Positions 1 to 14,400 of a stretch of DNA of 64,000 bases are shown piece by piece; within the stretch, counting starts at the first letter, position 1, and each line of letters opens with the position of its first letter. The stretch is from NCBI GenBank assembly GCA_040954595.2, contig CM082581.2, forward strand, positions 13,589,921 through 13,653,920, in the 5' to 3' direction. Source of the DNA: Balanoglossus misakiensis (taxonomy: Eukaryota; Animalia; Hemichordata). Below the pieces are notes generated by a model. The model was not told where the DNA came from, did no database searches, and worked only from the letters and a program-made list of their open reading frames with translations. The translations under genes were made by a program, and so were the position numbers.

Positions 1-2455
1 ACACAAACTTGCTGCCTCCCCCCCCATACGTAAAAACTGAACAGTCCCTTTGAAGGAGTGACCTCCAAATAAAACAATGCGTTGTTTTTTGCCAAAAACA
101 TTTGTGTTGAGTTATTGTGGAGACTGTCTTTGAGAGTTTTTACTACCTGTAATTTGCTGTCGTAGGTGAAAACAAAAGTTGCTTAAGGATACGTTGTAGG
201 TCATGTGGAATCTTCCTTTTCTGGCTTGCTACGAGTCACAATTAGTTTTTAGATTATACCGGCTACTCCAGGAGATGATGTCTCTTTTCTGAAGAATGCC
301 AGAGCAGTGTCAGTTTTCCCGCGGGACATGTCACCACATGTGGATCATGTTTGTCAAGAATATTGCGTGGAGATGTTGCATCAGTCCACAAACAATACAG
401 AAGCCTTGCAGGGTCATTCAGCATTTACATTCAAACATGACTGTCAGGTGCCTTTTTATTGCGGTCACCACGTCAAGCAACCTCCCAAAAAAAATGCTTG
501 CCATTGTTCATTTGGAGGTCAACCTAATACCTTACAGTGCAAATAAATTGAAGAATGAAAGAACGAAATTCTCCAGTGTATACTTATAATACCGTAAAAG
601 ATGGAACTAAGGTCTCGGCTCACAAAGAGTTATGGCCTTGTTGACAGTGCGTGCAGTGTCCCTGTTTTAGCTTCTTTGATTTGCAACAAAAGTGTTTTGC
701 TCAGGGAAAGATTTAACTACACAAGAGAGTGTTACTACAGCATGATTTATCAACACTTTATCAATATTTTATGAATTTAGAAAAAACAGTTCACATTGTA
801 AACGATCCATTACATTGCAAATTCAGTTTAAAAGTATAAAACTTGACCTTGAAGGTCGTAAATTCAACTTTTCCTCAAAAACCCTCCTCATACTTGTCAT
901 GCTGTAACTAACTTTGAATTCTTTGATCAGTTATCAGGGCATGTGTTTACTCCTTTTATAAGCAGAAAGGATAAACAGATTGGCAAAGGTATTAAAGTGT
1001 TTGTGCAAATGGCAGCTTGCAGACTTGGATAGTCAATATTTGTCATACAGGTGGCATTAGATTTTATCTTACAATCACATCCTGTGGTTGTGACAAGATT
1101 AAGTTTCCTTAGAGCTGCCTGTCAGACCAATTCTTCATTTCTGTCATAACTAATCGTAACTTACAACTAAAAGTGTTGTAACTTGGTGATTGTGCTATTC
1201 CAGAAGTGCTCGCCTTGTAAATCAAACTCTTAGACTTTTGCAAACGCTGTTCTCGGCACAAACAGGACATTTTTCATCGTATGTTGTATATTTGAAATAA
1301 ACGAATTGTTACCTAGCAAGCAAATTATAGTGGTCGCTCTTTAACTCGAGCCTCAATTAAAGTTGAAGTTTTGACACATTTGGGATGTATAAATCACCTG
1401 CTCTAACCATGATAGACTAAAATAAGTATGTATTCGCATTTAGATCCAAGACTCTAGCAAAAATGCCAATTGAGCATGCAATGTCTCTTTCGGTGCTTGG
1501 ATAGTATGTGGTTAATTCATACTGTTTGGCAAAACACTTCTATCAGAACCATTTGCATACCACAGGGTTTGCATGTTACCGCAAAGGTCAAAGAAGATTT
1601 AGGGTCTTTGTCTAATTGTTCTGAGTGAAGCGATAATGTCAACAGGCCATAAATTTGAAACACTACAGGTAGAACAGTATAAACACATTCCTATTTGGCA
1701 CAAATATGGTGCAGTCAACCGCATGCTGTCGACGGGCTTTGGCCAGTGTCGGAAAAGTACATGTGGACATGTCACGTAGGGTATTAAAGACCAAGTGGAC
1801 TAGTTTTCAGGGTGATAGCGTTTGTTCTTGAGAGAAATTCTGAGGCGGGCATAGCATCTTGGCATGCTGAGGCTGACATTTTGAACCAGATAAATAATTT
1901 GTCACGGTGTTTTGGCCGACTCTTTGACCTTCTTTAACCTAAGGTGTCTACGTGCACAATTATAACACAGCTGTGCCAAGACTGAAGTAGCTATAACATG
2001 TGACACCTGTTGCTCTGCAAAGAGGCTAACTACGAAAACCAAATCAACTGATTTGTAGTGAAAGTAAACTGTCAACAGATGTATGGTAGCTGAGTTTTAC
2101 CTGTCAAAAACAGAATGCTCAAACTCACAGCATTAACTGTGTGTATACTCAAGAGCTTGAACTGAAAACCAGAAAACTACTTTTGTGTACTTTACGTATA
2201 AATGACCTTTTGTCACTTTCTTCTTTTGATGTTTGAGTTCAGAAAATCACCCACAGATTCTAGATCTTTCCTTTGACTGTCTGTTATCAGATACGAAAAC
2301 TTGTATGATGTCATTGGTAAAACGAAAACAAAAACCAAGTTTGTTCACTGCATTCCCAGGTTCTCATATATCTCTACATCTTGCTTACATTGAACTATTA
2401 TTAATAAAATGTTATTTATACTGTATATTTATTTCTGTGCAAATTCTATTGGCAG

Positions 2456-5400
2456 ACTACAAACAAGCAGTGCCGCTACCTTCAGCCGGACTCATCCCCA
2501 TGTTACAGTACTTCTGTCCGGAAGTTAGCAGTGATTCCCAAGGTTTTCCAGATTATCCCTATGAGAGGTAGGTCATTCCAGACAAGGCTGAAATGATGCA
2601 GTCTGTAAAATGTTTAGTACACTATATCTTAAATAGGAACACAATCATTTCATGTGCTCTATATTGATTTCATATCAGCCATTTCCAATATGAGAGTACC
2701 AGTGGGGGCTGCATCATTGCTGATGACATTTTTTTTGCATTCTTCACAGCATTACCAAATTTTTGGAATTTCTGAGCACGACTGTGTCAAGTAATGATGA
2801 GTACATGGATTTACAGAGTATACAAGTGTTACTTTCATCGTTTTCTGACATGGTTGAACAAGATGGTGTGGATTACAGCGATGCAATGTTTGTAGAGTAT
2901 GAAGGTAAATGGCTAGAAGCTCTGCGTACAGGTCTGTAAGCCTGTATGCAATATGGCGATCTCAACTGGTAAACAAAAATAAATCAGGATGCCGGGAACA
3001 CACAGACCTGTACGCAGAGCTATAAATGGCTAGATGAATATCTGGCACCTTGTTATGGTTCGCCAGTTCATATACAAAGACATCGATGTCAAGGTCTTTG
3101 CCATTGTATGATGATCGTGCAATTTATATTCATGGTATAGTCATCCAGGTGTCTGTAAAAGGATTGCCAAGTTCAAGTGAATGTACCAGTGCATATGATC
3201 CACCAAGGCCAGCAATTTTTAGTTCCAGGGCCAATTTAATAGTCATGCCTGAACTGATTCTGTTCAGACTTGTACAGTGTTAGCAGGGGGACTCTTTGAA
3301 CAATGGAAACAATTCAGATGGTACATGTATATTTGTAAACAGTGCGCTGTTCAGACCACACTTCCCCTTTAAAGGGAGCATATGACACCACTCCAAACGG
3401 TTTCCCAATATATATTGAAAGTCCACTGTGGAATGTAATACGTTCTGTGGTCACGATAAAATGTAGAGACGTCATTGCATGCTCTCATCAGCTGACACAG
3501 ACAGTTCCAAAGACAGTGATATCATAATACTGACTCCACAATCATAAATTAGATCGTGTGTCATGCTATTTATATTTTACACGCTTGGTGAAATAGATAC
3601 ATGCAGGCATGGTCTGTGAGTTCATACCATCAGGACATTTCGGTAAACAGGGTAAAATTTGAAGAAGAAACAATATAGACATTGCAACTGAGATTGTGCA
3701 TCTGATAAATATATCCACATATATTTTCAATAATCCAATATTTATGCTAATGTGGTTTACAGTGAAGCAGAAACACCAGCTGTTTATGTTTCTCCCTTTT
3801 TGTCAAATTGGTATTTAGACTGTTTCATTCAGCAGAATTTCATGAAAAATTAGGTGATAAAACAAAAAAAATGAACTTTGAAGGTTTTCAATGAATTTAA
3901 TGAAACCAGAATATGACAAAGATTATTTGAAAAATGATGATGAAATTAATCCCTGTGTTTCACAAGCTGTCACCAAATTTATGTGTTGTTTTATGTCAGT
4001 TAAAAAAATTAAAGGTCTGTTGTAATTTTGGCAATTCCTTTCGTCAACTGTAGTTTGCTGTTCCACTTCCTACAGCATGAGCATTTCTTCATGCTTTGGG
4101 GAGTAGAACAAAAACACTGTGGTTTGATGATAAGAATAAAAAGAATCACAGGCTAATGGACTAGATTGTTTGGTGTACATTACAAAACTGTATGTAAATT
4201 CCTTATTAGGGGTTGGCTTGACCCCATTATTGCTGTACATGAACGCAAGTTGAACTTATAGTTGATGGTATTGTCATGTAAATGAACAGGCAAGGGATTT
4301 TATTTGACCTGACCTTGATCCAGTACTTGCAGTGTAAGATGTGACCCACATTCAAGAAATCAAGAGTGAGAGGACATGCCTGAAAAGTCCGTATCTGCAA
4401 AATGATTAAAACATTATTAATATAGTTTTGTTAACGATATTAAATTAATGTTCTGTGTCAATATTTATTTATGTATTATATAAGAAATGCACACACACTC
4501 ACATGTCAGACTTACTCAGTCACTCAAATGATCCCCAATTCATAACTTATTCGGGTGTTTCAATTTCACTGTGGTTGCCATGGGGAGTATAAACAAAACA
4601 TTGGAAATCGAAGACCTGTCTTTGCCACTGCTAAGCAGCTGACACATTTAGTACAGGAACCCTTAGCGATATTCAGTTGGAGGTGTGAGATTTTTTATTT
4701 GGTGCAATTTTTTTTAAATAACGAAATCTATTTTATGAAATTCATTTCTCCCGCTTTCAGTTTCTCTGCTGAATCATCTTTAATCATGGGAAAGTCAAAT
4801 ATTAATTTCTATTCAATGCTGATATTTTGTTGCGTTTGTAAACAGATTCAATTTCCCTGATGGCCATCTCATGATTACAGATCAGGGTGAAGGTGACCTT
4901 CTTCTGCACTGATACAGATTGTGGACCAGAGTGAAAATCTGTTGCGTCTGTGTCAGGTTGTCACAAATACAGTGCAGTCGCGTTTTTTAAATAAACCTGA
5001 GGTCAAGGCCTTGAATTCCTATTGTTGTCGTTTGCAAGCAGAAGCAGGTACCTGAAATTGCATAGAAATCCAAAGAAACGCGGGTGGGGCTGTCGAACAA
5101 TAATTAAATTCAAACTGCACCCTGTCCTCGTTTTTTTTCGCCACCACCCATCATTCTTAATGCATTGAGGGCTGAGACAATGAAACCGACACCAAATAAA
5201 TAAATATTTATACGCATAATGAAAACTGAAGTAAATGGTATCATGTAGTAGTCAGAATAGAGTTGGTAAACAATTCATCATGCTATCTATAATGAAATGT
5301 CAATTAGATAAAGAAAAATTTGCTTTAGGTACTGCCTTGTTGGCTGAGTCAACAGCTAGTGATATTTAAAATTTACTAATGAAGTCTTTGTCAGTGTAAA

Positions 5401-8400
5401 TAGTAATAGAAGTACATGACATTTCAATAAAAAGGTGAATGCAGAACTTTCTCCTATTTCAACCCCCTTTCACAGGTTTATGTATTTTTTATGATACAGT
5501 TTAACTGGAGGTTATTTTGTAAATTGATCTCCAATTATGTGTTTGTAGGTGTATGTGTGCATGTGTGTGGTACAATCAAATCTCAATCAAGATTCAGCAC
5601 AACCAACTTTCTGATCACTTAACTGCTTGTAATTGAATACATCCCCTGTAGTTGTTAATGGTTCATGTTTCCTATTTGCTTCAGATTCATTTTTAGACAT
5701 GGGTGCAGGTCCTTCGGTTGATATCATGCTATCTGACCCCCGGGTAGACCCCATACTGCGAATAGTACAGTCTTCAGGCAAGGTGAGTGTATAGTCTCAA
5801 AGAATCCAAGGCTGGATAGCTTTAAAAGGTACCGGTATATAGCCACATGTTCGTCGGAGTGTACCTATAACTAACAGATTACACAGAAGACAAAAGAATC
5901 GGAATTCAATATCCGTGGACCATAGTTTGATGCGAGTTTTAGTTCGGGAATATTTCTCATATCATAAGTCAAACCTGCAGCAGTATCTTTGCTACGGTTT
6001 GTTAACATGAATAAAGGAATGTACTCCACTATTGTTGCTTTTACTGCACTCTGGTAGAAGTGCATTGATACTGCAAGGGCGGCTACCTCAATAAAACACC
6101 AGTGGTATTCTATAGGCTGTTTATCCCTCAAATTTCCTTCATAACTGGTCTCAATATAATCTTCAATTAAGATTTTGATAATACTCCCGTCACTCAAATA
6201 TAGAGACCAATATACATGTATATGTTTCCAATTTTGAGCATAACAACAAATGTATTAATCAATAAATATTAATATTTTTAACAGATTCAATCTCAACTGC
6301 CATGGTTACATCAGCTATCTGAACAACTTGAGTCGGCATCTCAGAACGACCCTGTATGCAGTAGACACTTCAGCACTGGCAACGAAACCCAAAATAAGAC
6401 ATCAGCTTGTCTACAGGCTAAAGAATACATCTCACTTGACGCAAGCGGCAAGTACAAATTTCCCCGCGAACCAACGGTGATGCTTGTAAATGTGTGGAAT
6501 TCCTTGCAGTCGGTTCTTTGTGGGGTCAACCAGACGTTGAATGAGAGCATTTTCGACCGACCACTCTGGATCAAAGAGCTCGGCTTCACAGACCTGCAGC
6601 AGGCCAAGTTCACACAGGTGGCCACGCTGCTCTTCAAGGGAAGTCCCAAAATTCTGTACACACCAAATACCACAGAAGTCAATCTCGTCATGGCTAAGGT
6701 GAGAAATTCTGTTTGAAACAGAGGTGTGGTATTTCAAGAAGATTATGGGAAATAATGACTGAATGTACCATTGAAATCTGAAATGTTTCCTCCATCATCC
6801 CAATCGCCTGCTATGATGCTATAACTTTTTTTAATGGAAGTTACACCTGAGTCTAATGTGAACAGAATTATGTTTTTCAAAGGTGTTTGTGAAAAAATTC
6901 AACATGATCTTTGTGTTCAACCTGCAGGCAACTGAATCCATGCAGACATTGTTTGAGCTCACCCAGTCTTCAAAGGCGCTATACAACATCTCCAGCCAGG
7001 TCATCGATTTACTGGCCAAGGAAAAAATCCAAGAATTCTATCAATTACTGCAACAGGTGGGTAATCAGGCTCAGAGAGATAAGAGAATATTTTCATATGT
7101 ACTCATGAAAATCCGAACTTATTCAAAAAGACCATGTGACTAGTTTACAAAGTGCCGCACTGTATGTACTAGTTAAAACTGACCAGTGAAAATTATTGGT
7201 AAGTATAATGCATGACTGTTAATTTTAGTAGCATTAACGGGAATTCAAAATAGCTGGATGATTTAATATATACCGTGATAACATACTTTCAATATAATAG
7301 GGCCCATTTTATCTCATTTGCATATCAGTATATGAGAATATGAGTTTTATGTTGCCAGCAACAATATTGTAATCGGCAGTGCATATGCAATAATTTGTTC
7401 CACTTTAATACTGGAACATATGGAGACAATTTTAATTGTCACGTGTCCTAGTTATACTTAGTCTGAATTCATTAGGAAGGAAATATGTTATAGAATAGAA
7501 GAAAAAAGAACAGAGCTACCAAACATATATAGAAACAATGTGGTAAGGACAGTGGGGTCGCCAGTTTTATAAAAGGCTTGCATTTTCCTGATCAAAATAG
7601 AACAGAATTCTCATTCTTGCAAAACAAGTTAACAAAAGAGAATCATTATAATGGAAAATAATTTAATAAAGATATAGAGCCATGTGATTATACTTTGGTG
7701 CAAGAAATGTTGGCCTTCTTTGACTTTTTGTTGTTTGTTGTGGTTTTGATTTGAACAGAGTCAGAACAACACGCTGAAATCGCCTGGCATGGGAACAACG
7801 GAGGCAGATCTTCCTGTCATCTTGCCGGACATATCAAGCCTTCAGCAAATGGCGGAGTCTTTTCAAAGGGTCACTTGTTTGTGGAATTCTGTGATGTCTG
7901 ATGTTGACATGAATTTCTTCGTACCAGTGGCCGATGAGAAGAACATGGCAATTTACATCAATGATGCCGACAAGAAAAGCAATGTCACTGTGCTAGCTGG
8001 TAAGGGTCCTGGACCTCCACGACTTAATATAAGGACACCCATGTACATTGTAAATCAATCTATATTTGCAACCTGGTGCACATCATGCATTATTTGAAAG
8101 GGAAGGGTACATGTATGCCAGGTACTCCGAGGCTAACAGGCAAAAGACATAACATGCGTGAACACATACCTGGAAATTTATTTGACCTGCATGTATGCCT
8201 CCCATTACTTTATTTCTGTACTGTTGGAACGAAACTGGCTGCGTAGAGAAAATTGATGGCATAAGTGATGCAGGATTGTAATTTTGTATTGGTGGTGTTA
8301 ATCAAAATGACTCAGGGAATTTCAAACTGCAGGAAGTTTGTGAAGAAACCTTAATTTTGTAAAAATCAACAGTTAAACACAAATACTGAGGAATCAAAAT

Positions 8401-11400
8401 AATGTCCTAATCAGCTTGTGCTTTTATCATATTAGGATATAGCGTGTCACTGTGTGGGAATCATTGCAGGTTAATTAGGCCATATTTTGATATTGCCACT
8501 TAATTTGATGAAATTATACAATTTGGGCAAATGTACTGACGTTTTTTCACATATATCCTCAGGTGTTGTCTTTGAAACAAATCAAAATGGTGAACTGCCT
8601 TCGCATGTTACCTACAAACTCAAACTGAACAGAACCTACGCTCCTGACATTCTGGCCACACAGACTAAGATATGGTCACAGGCACCTCCATATGAGTCAA
8701 AACCTGTCTTGGATGAGCTGTTTCCGTGGCTACAGGACATCATTGATCGCGCCATAATTCAGAGTAAGACTGGAAAGCCTGTGGTGGAACCTGGTGGCTA
8801 CATTCGAGAATTTCCCTGGCCATGTCATGTTGCAGACGAGTAAGTTTATCCATCAATTAATTAAGTGTCAGTGTCATCATCTTTAACCCTTTCACCACCA
8901 TGGTTTGGTCCTATTCCTTTGTTTTCTATGGTGTAGTTGGACCTCTGTACAGGGAAATAGGGGTGAAAGGGTTAAACATATGTCATTCTTGCAATCACTG
9001 ATACAGTTATACAGCTACAGCTTGCTAGATATTCTGTCTGCTCATTTTCTGACTATAACGGAAAGAGTAAACCTGATGACATGAATGTGCATGCGTTTCC
9101 ACAATCAGTGATAATGAAAAATTACATTTTATTGCAGATTTATGGAGAGAGGTGGACCTCCACTGACAGTCGTATTACCAATGTTTTGGTGTTTTTACAT
9201 CATATCGTTTACACACACTGTTGTCTCTGAAAAAGAACAAAGACTGAAAGAGGTAAGTGTTTAATGCTTTTCTTTGAACGGTGAATATAACTTTGGAATT
9301 GGAATTGTTACCTTTTTGCCGTCACCTTGAAGGTGAATGATTAAAAATATCTTACAAATTTGTCTCACACTAACAGATGATGAAGATTATGGGTCTGAGT
9401 AATTTCATCTATTGGTTGTCATGGTTTCTGTCCAGTCTGGCCCAGATGTGCTTTTCTGTGACACTGTTAGTTGTAACACTCAAGTATGGCAAGCTCTTCA
9501 CCTATGTCAGTCCAACAGTACTATGGGTCTTTAATATGGTCTTTTCTATCTCCGTCATTTTATACTCGTAAGTATCGTAGCACCATTGTATTATTTCTTA
9601 AAGGGGAAGGGTCATCTGTATTGCACATGTGCAACTTTGCTAGCCACTGTATCCCATAAACCAGCGTCCGCAGATGGGATGATCTTCCCCCTTCAACTTT
9701 TTTGGTCGCCAAAGCTTTGCGATCGGGTTTTCCAGGATTAATGTACGTATTATAGAACAGAGAAATCATGTACCCTGGTTCATTCTTTGCATAGTTGGAG
9801 CTGAAGAATGCTAACCCCCTAGCACCATGACCCCCTGATGCCCTGTGATGTACGTTACTCAGACGTTTTCTTCTGTGTTGGGATCAAAGGGCTGAACTTT
9901 AGTTCATAAATTATCATTATATTACTGGAATGTTGCATCATTCAAAAACTAAACTTGCATCAATTTTTCAACATTTTTTCTTAAATTTTGATTTAACCTG
10001 AAGACAATGGAAAGATATGTCCACTTGGTCCAAAATTAAGGGGGGAAATTCGAGAAAAATGGGTGAAAATGTTAGAAAGTTGCACCACACTTTGACGGAC
10101 AGAACGTACGTGGCATTCAAAAGCTAGGTGTATCAGCACACTTAAAAATAGAGTCAGCACAAAGTGTTAGTCAGTCGGAAGACTTGACTAGCTCTTTTGA
10201 ATTTAATGTGGGCTGTTGTGAAGATGAACTTTGCACAGATTATATTCAGTGTCGTAAATTTTGTGTTTCTCCCTTTTTTTCTCTGCAGCCTGTTGATGAG
10301 TGCCTGTTTCTCCAAAGCCAAGCTTGGTGCTGCAAGTGCTGGTTTTGTATATCTCTTCATGTTTGTACCGTTCTATTACATCCAGAATCTTGATATCCTC
10401 TACAGTTATGTCCTGACACCAACCATCAAAGCACTGACAGTAAGTGGTATATATACATGTAGCTAGTGTATGTAAGGGTACGTGTTCATGCACTCACAGA
10501 AAATTTTTCTTGATCTATAATGTTGCATTATCCCATCATTTTATAATCACAGTGTCTGCTGCCACCGTCTGCATATGGTCTGGGACTTCGATATATTCTC
10601 TTCTATGACCATCAAGCAATCGGATTGCAGTGGTCAAATCTCAACACGCCTTGGCCAGTTTTCTACAGAGACATCACAGTGGCACAGGTTATATTTATAA
10701 TAGTGATCACCTGCATAGTTTATCTCGTCTTAACGTGGTACATTGAAGAAACACATCCAGGTACTGTCTTCCGTTTATGTTTTGGACTTTTATTTCTTTA
10801 AAGGAGCGCCTCTAATTTACATATGGTCAAAAGGGCTTAACGTATACTCTTTCAAACTTCTCAAGATCATGAAATCTAGGATTTTGAGTGACTTTGACTC
10901 GAGTGTATGGAAGCGATACTATACAGGCTGTAGATGTGCGAAAGGCAGTTGACCAGTAAAGCTTTGAAGTTGTTTCTGCAATGATTTTTTTTGTTCTTTT
11001 ACCCCTTCTTTCAAAGTTCGTATTTATCATACTCCCACTAGCTTCCATCATTTTCTTGGGCGTTTGAGTTTTCCTATACGATTTTCACAAAATAAAAGTA
11101 ACAGCATGCACTTGTCTGTCCTCATTCAACAGGGTCTTTTGGTATACCACAGCCATGGTATTTCCCAGTCACAAAGTCTTACTGGTTTAACAGCCATCAT
11201 CAGTCGACTCACCATGACGCCAGGAGCAGAAGACGATTTCAACCTTGCATGCAATCTGAATTCCGTCTGATGGATAAATATACACTTCCTGGTAAGTCTG
11301 CACTGTTGGGTGCGATTTTTTTTTTTCACATGCCGAGTTGGTTCTTGTTTTTGTGACAGGGTTATAAATAGAAACACTGTTTTTGGACAAATTGTTCCAC

Positions 11401-14400
11401 CATCTGTTGAGTGATCTAGAAGTGTTTTGAATGCCAGATCTGCAGAGCATCGATGTGCAAAATGGTGTGGTTTTAATGGGTTAAATATATCCCCATCAGC
11501 CGTTCTTTTCTCTCTTTTTTATTGGCTGCAGGCAACCTGGTAGAAGACAAACCTATTGGACACAGTCTTGGAGTTCACATCAAAAATCTGACAAAGGTAA
11601 TGAGTGCAATTGTTTGAGACTCAGCATAACCTAGCTTTTGCCCCTCAGAAACCCTATAAAAACACTTAGCATTTGGAGATACTCCTCATTTTTTTAATGT
11701 GAGTTGCGCAAAAATCATAGCTGGAGAATCATTGTGTATGCAGCATGTCAGGAATATTGAATTTCTGCATTTTATTTCCAGTTTAATAACAACATTTTGT
11801 GTCGTTTGAACAGGTTTACAAGAATGGCAGAGTAGTGGCAATAGATGGATTGAATCTGCGTCTTTACACTGGTCAAATAACTGCTTTGCTTGGACGCAAT
11901 GGTGCTGGTAAAACCACAGTCATGTAAGTCTCAACAGCCCAATTTTAATTTTTAAATACAAGCCGCAGTGGAACAGGTTGACAATCTGTGGACAATCCCT
12001 AGTAGACTGCTAGCCTTGACCCTTTCACCACCATGGTTCAGTCCAATCCCATTGTTTTCTATGGTAAGGTTGGACCTCTGAAGAGGGAACTGGGAGTGAA
12101 AGGGTTAAAGTTGCAAGACGGTATCATACATTTGGTATCAGTCAATTCAGACTAATTAAGTGATTTCTTTCATCCCCTCAGGTCGATTCTGACAGGTTTT
12201 ATTCCACCAACCAAGGGAACTGTTATGGTCTATGGAAGAGACATCAGAACTGAAATGATCCAAATCAGACAAAGTCTGGGCATGTCCCCACAGTACGATG
12301 CTCTCTTTAACAAGTAGGTAGTAAAAACTTTGAAGGTAGCAACTGCTATTGGGCATATTTTACCTTTAAGTATTCATATGCCATGGAGATTTACAGTGCA
12401 TAAGTTGAGCTGTCACAGACAACTAGTGATTAAGCATGCATTTAGTAGAACAACATAAATAATACATGTATATCAATAGAAGCTAAAATAACCTTCCAAA
12501 AACTGTACGCAGCCTTTAAAGATGTATTGTTATTTTAATACCTTTGTGACTTTCTTTGCAGGTTGACAGTTCAAGAACACTTGTGGTTCTATAGTCGGCT
12601 GAAGGGAGTTTGCATGGCAAATTTCCAGGCAGAAAATAAAAAGTAAGATCAGTTATTGTATAAGTTTCAATTGTTTTAAAAATTGTTACAACAGATTTTG
12701 TTTTCGTACCCTTCATAAAAAAATCTATCCATATCTTTTTTTAAATATCTGTGCCATGTTGCCAAAGTGGCAATTTCAATTGTAAAGAAAAGTTGACATG
12801 CTCTGTCTGCACCTTGTCTCCCAATAAAACCCGCGCCTTAACCTTTGATCTTTCCCAGTATTCATAGCAGTGTCCCAGTATCAGTGCAGTCTCCATTGGC
12901 TGTTGCCATGGGAAACGTGTAGGCGTGTGACATACCAGACAGCATCTTCATCACTAAATCAAAGTGTTTCACTGACCTGTAATTTACTTTCATTCCAAGG
13001 CATACCTCAGTGTGCTTTTGTGTTGCCAGGGCGCTGAACTTTGCCCTACTGACATTTTCAGTGGCAAATGGTGCATGACCGCACCTTAAGAAGTATATGC
13101 CCTTCAAAATGATGTAAAATTTGGTCAAGCAATTCCTACTTTGTTTGAATTCTCTTTTTTATTCTTGCCGTTTCTAGGTTGCTGACAGATATTGGTCTGG
13201 TTCATCGAAGACACAACACCATCAAGAGCCTGTCGGGGGGAATGAAACGAAAGCTGTCGGTTGCCATAGCGTTTACTGGCGGGTCCAAAACTGTCATTCT
13301 CGATGAACCGACTGCGGGGGTGGATCCGCATGCCAGAAGAGCCATATGGGACTTGCTGCTGAAATACAGAAAGGGTAGATATGATAGATTGATCCATCAT
13401 GGAGTAATTTATTGGGTCGACTTTTTTGCCCGCTCAGGTGGCAAATAAAATGAGCTTAATTGAAGATAACCCTTTGAACAGCAGAATTACTCTGTCAATA
13501 CCTGTGCAAGGTGTGTTGCTTTTATACTTGAAAATCTCCATGGTGTGCTATTACATGTACTGATATATTAGTTAGGTGTGACACGTCAGTACAGCTGGGT
13601 TCTGTGGTTGTTAGTTTACTGGTGAAAGTGTTAAAACTGGATAATGCCATAAAGAAATATGCTGGACAGTGAAGATGCTTGTGGTTTTCTAAGTACAGAA
13701 AAAATGATAGATTTTTAGAGCTGATTAGATAGCAACAATCCTGAAGCCCAACACTCTCAAATTGAAAATTGGAAAAGTCCTTAAAGCGAATGTGAACTTC
13801 AGATATTTGCTCATTGCCACTGAGAGTGCCATCAATGAAATTCATTCATCTATTTTCAGGACGTACAATTCTTCTTTCCACTCACCACATGGATGAAGCA
13901 AGTCTGTTGGGCGACCGAATAGCCATCATATCAAATGGACGTTTAAAGTTCTGTGGTTCGCCTCATCATCTCAAGACCAATCTGGGAGATGGTTATAAAC
14001 TTATAGTTGTCAAAGATGCCAACAAAAACATTACCAGTACAGGTGCGGTTCTAAGTTCAAATTCCCTTACGACATGGGTGGGTGAAAGATTTTTTCCTGA
14101 AAATGAGACAAGGCTAGAGATTTTTCTATTGCTGTACAATTACCACTGACAGTATGTCATATCAAAAATAAATCCTTCTCATTTCTCAATTAGGTACCAT
14201 GACTGTCGAAGAGAAAATAGCACCATCTTCACGGATAACCAACTTCATCCATGAATATTTCCCGTCAGCGAGACTGACGTCTGAAAACGAGAACGAAATG
14301 CAGTACTTAATCCCAATGAGAAACATCCAGAAATCCTCATTCATCGATTTGTTTGGCGCAGAATCCAGAAAAGATGAACTGGGTATTTCATCTTACGCAA

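Noticed and set aside
253-589. Cys/His-rich short ORFs after a possible acceptor
   Set aside because: No recognisable domain and no match to the missing ABCA N-terminus.
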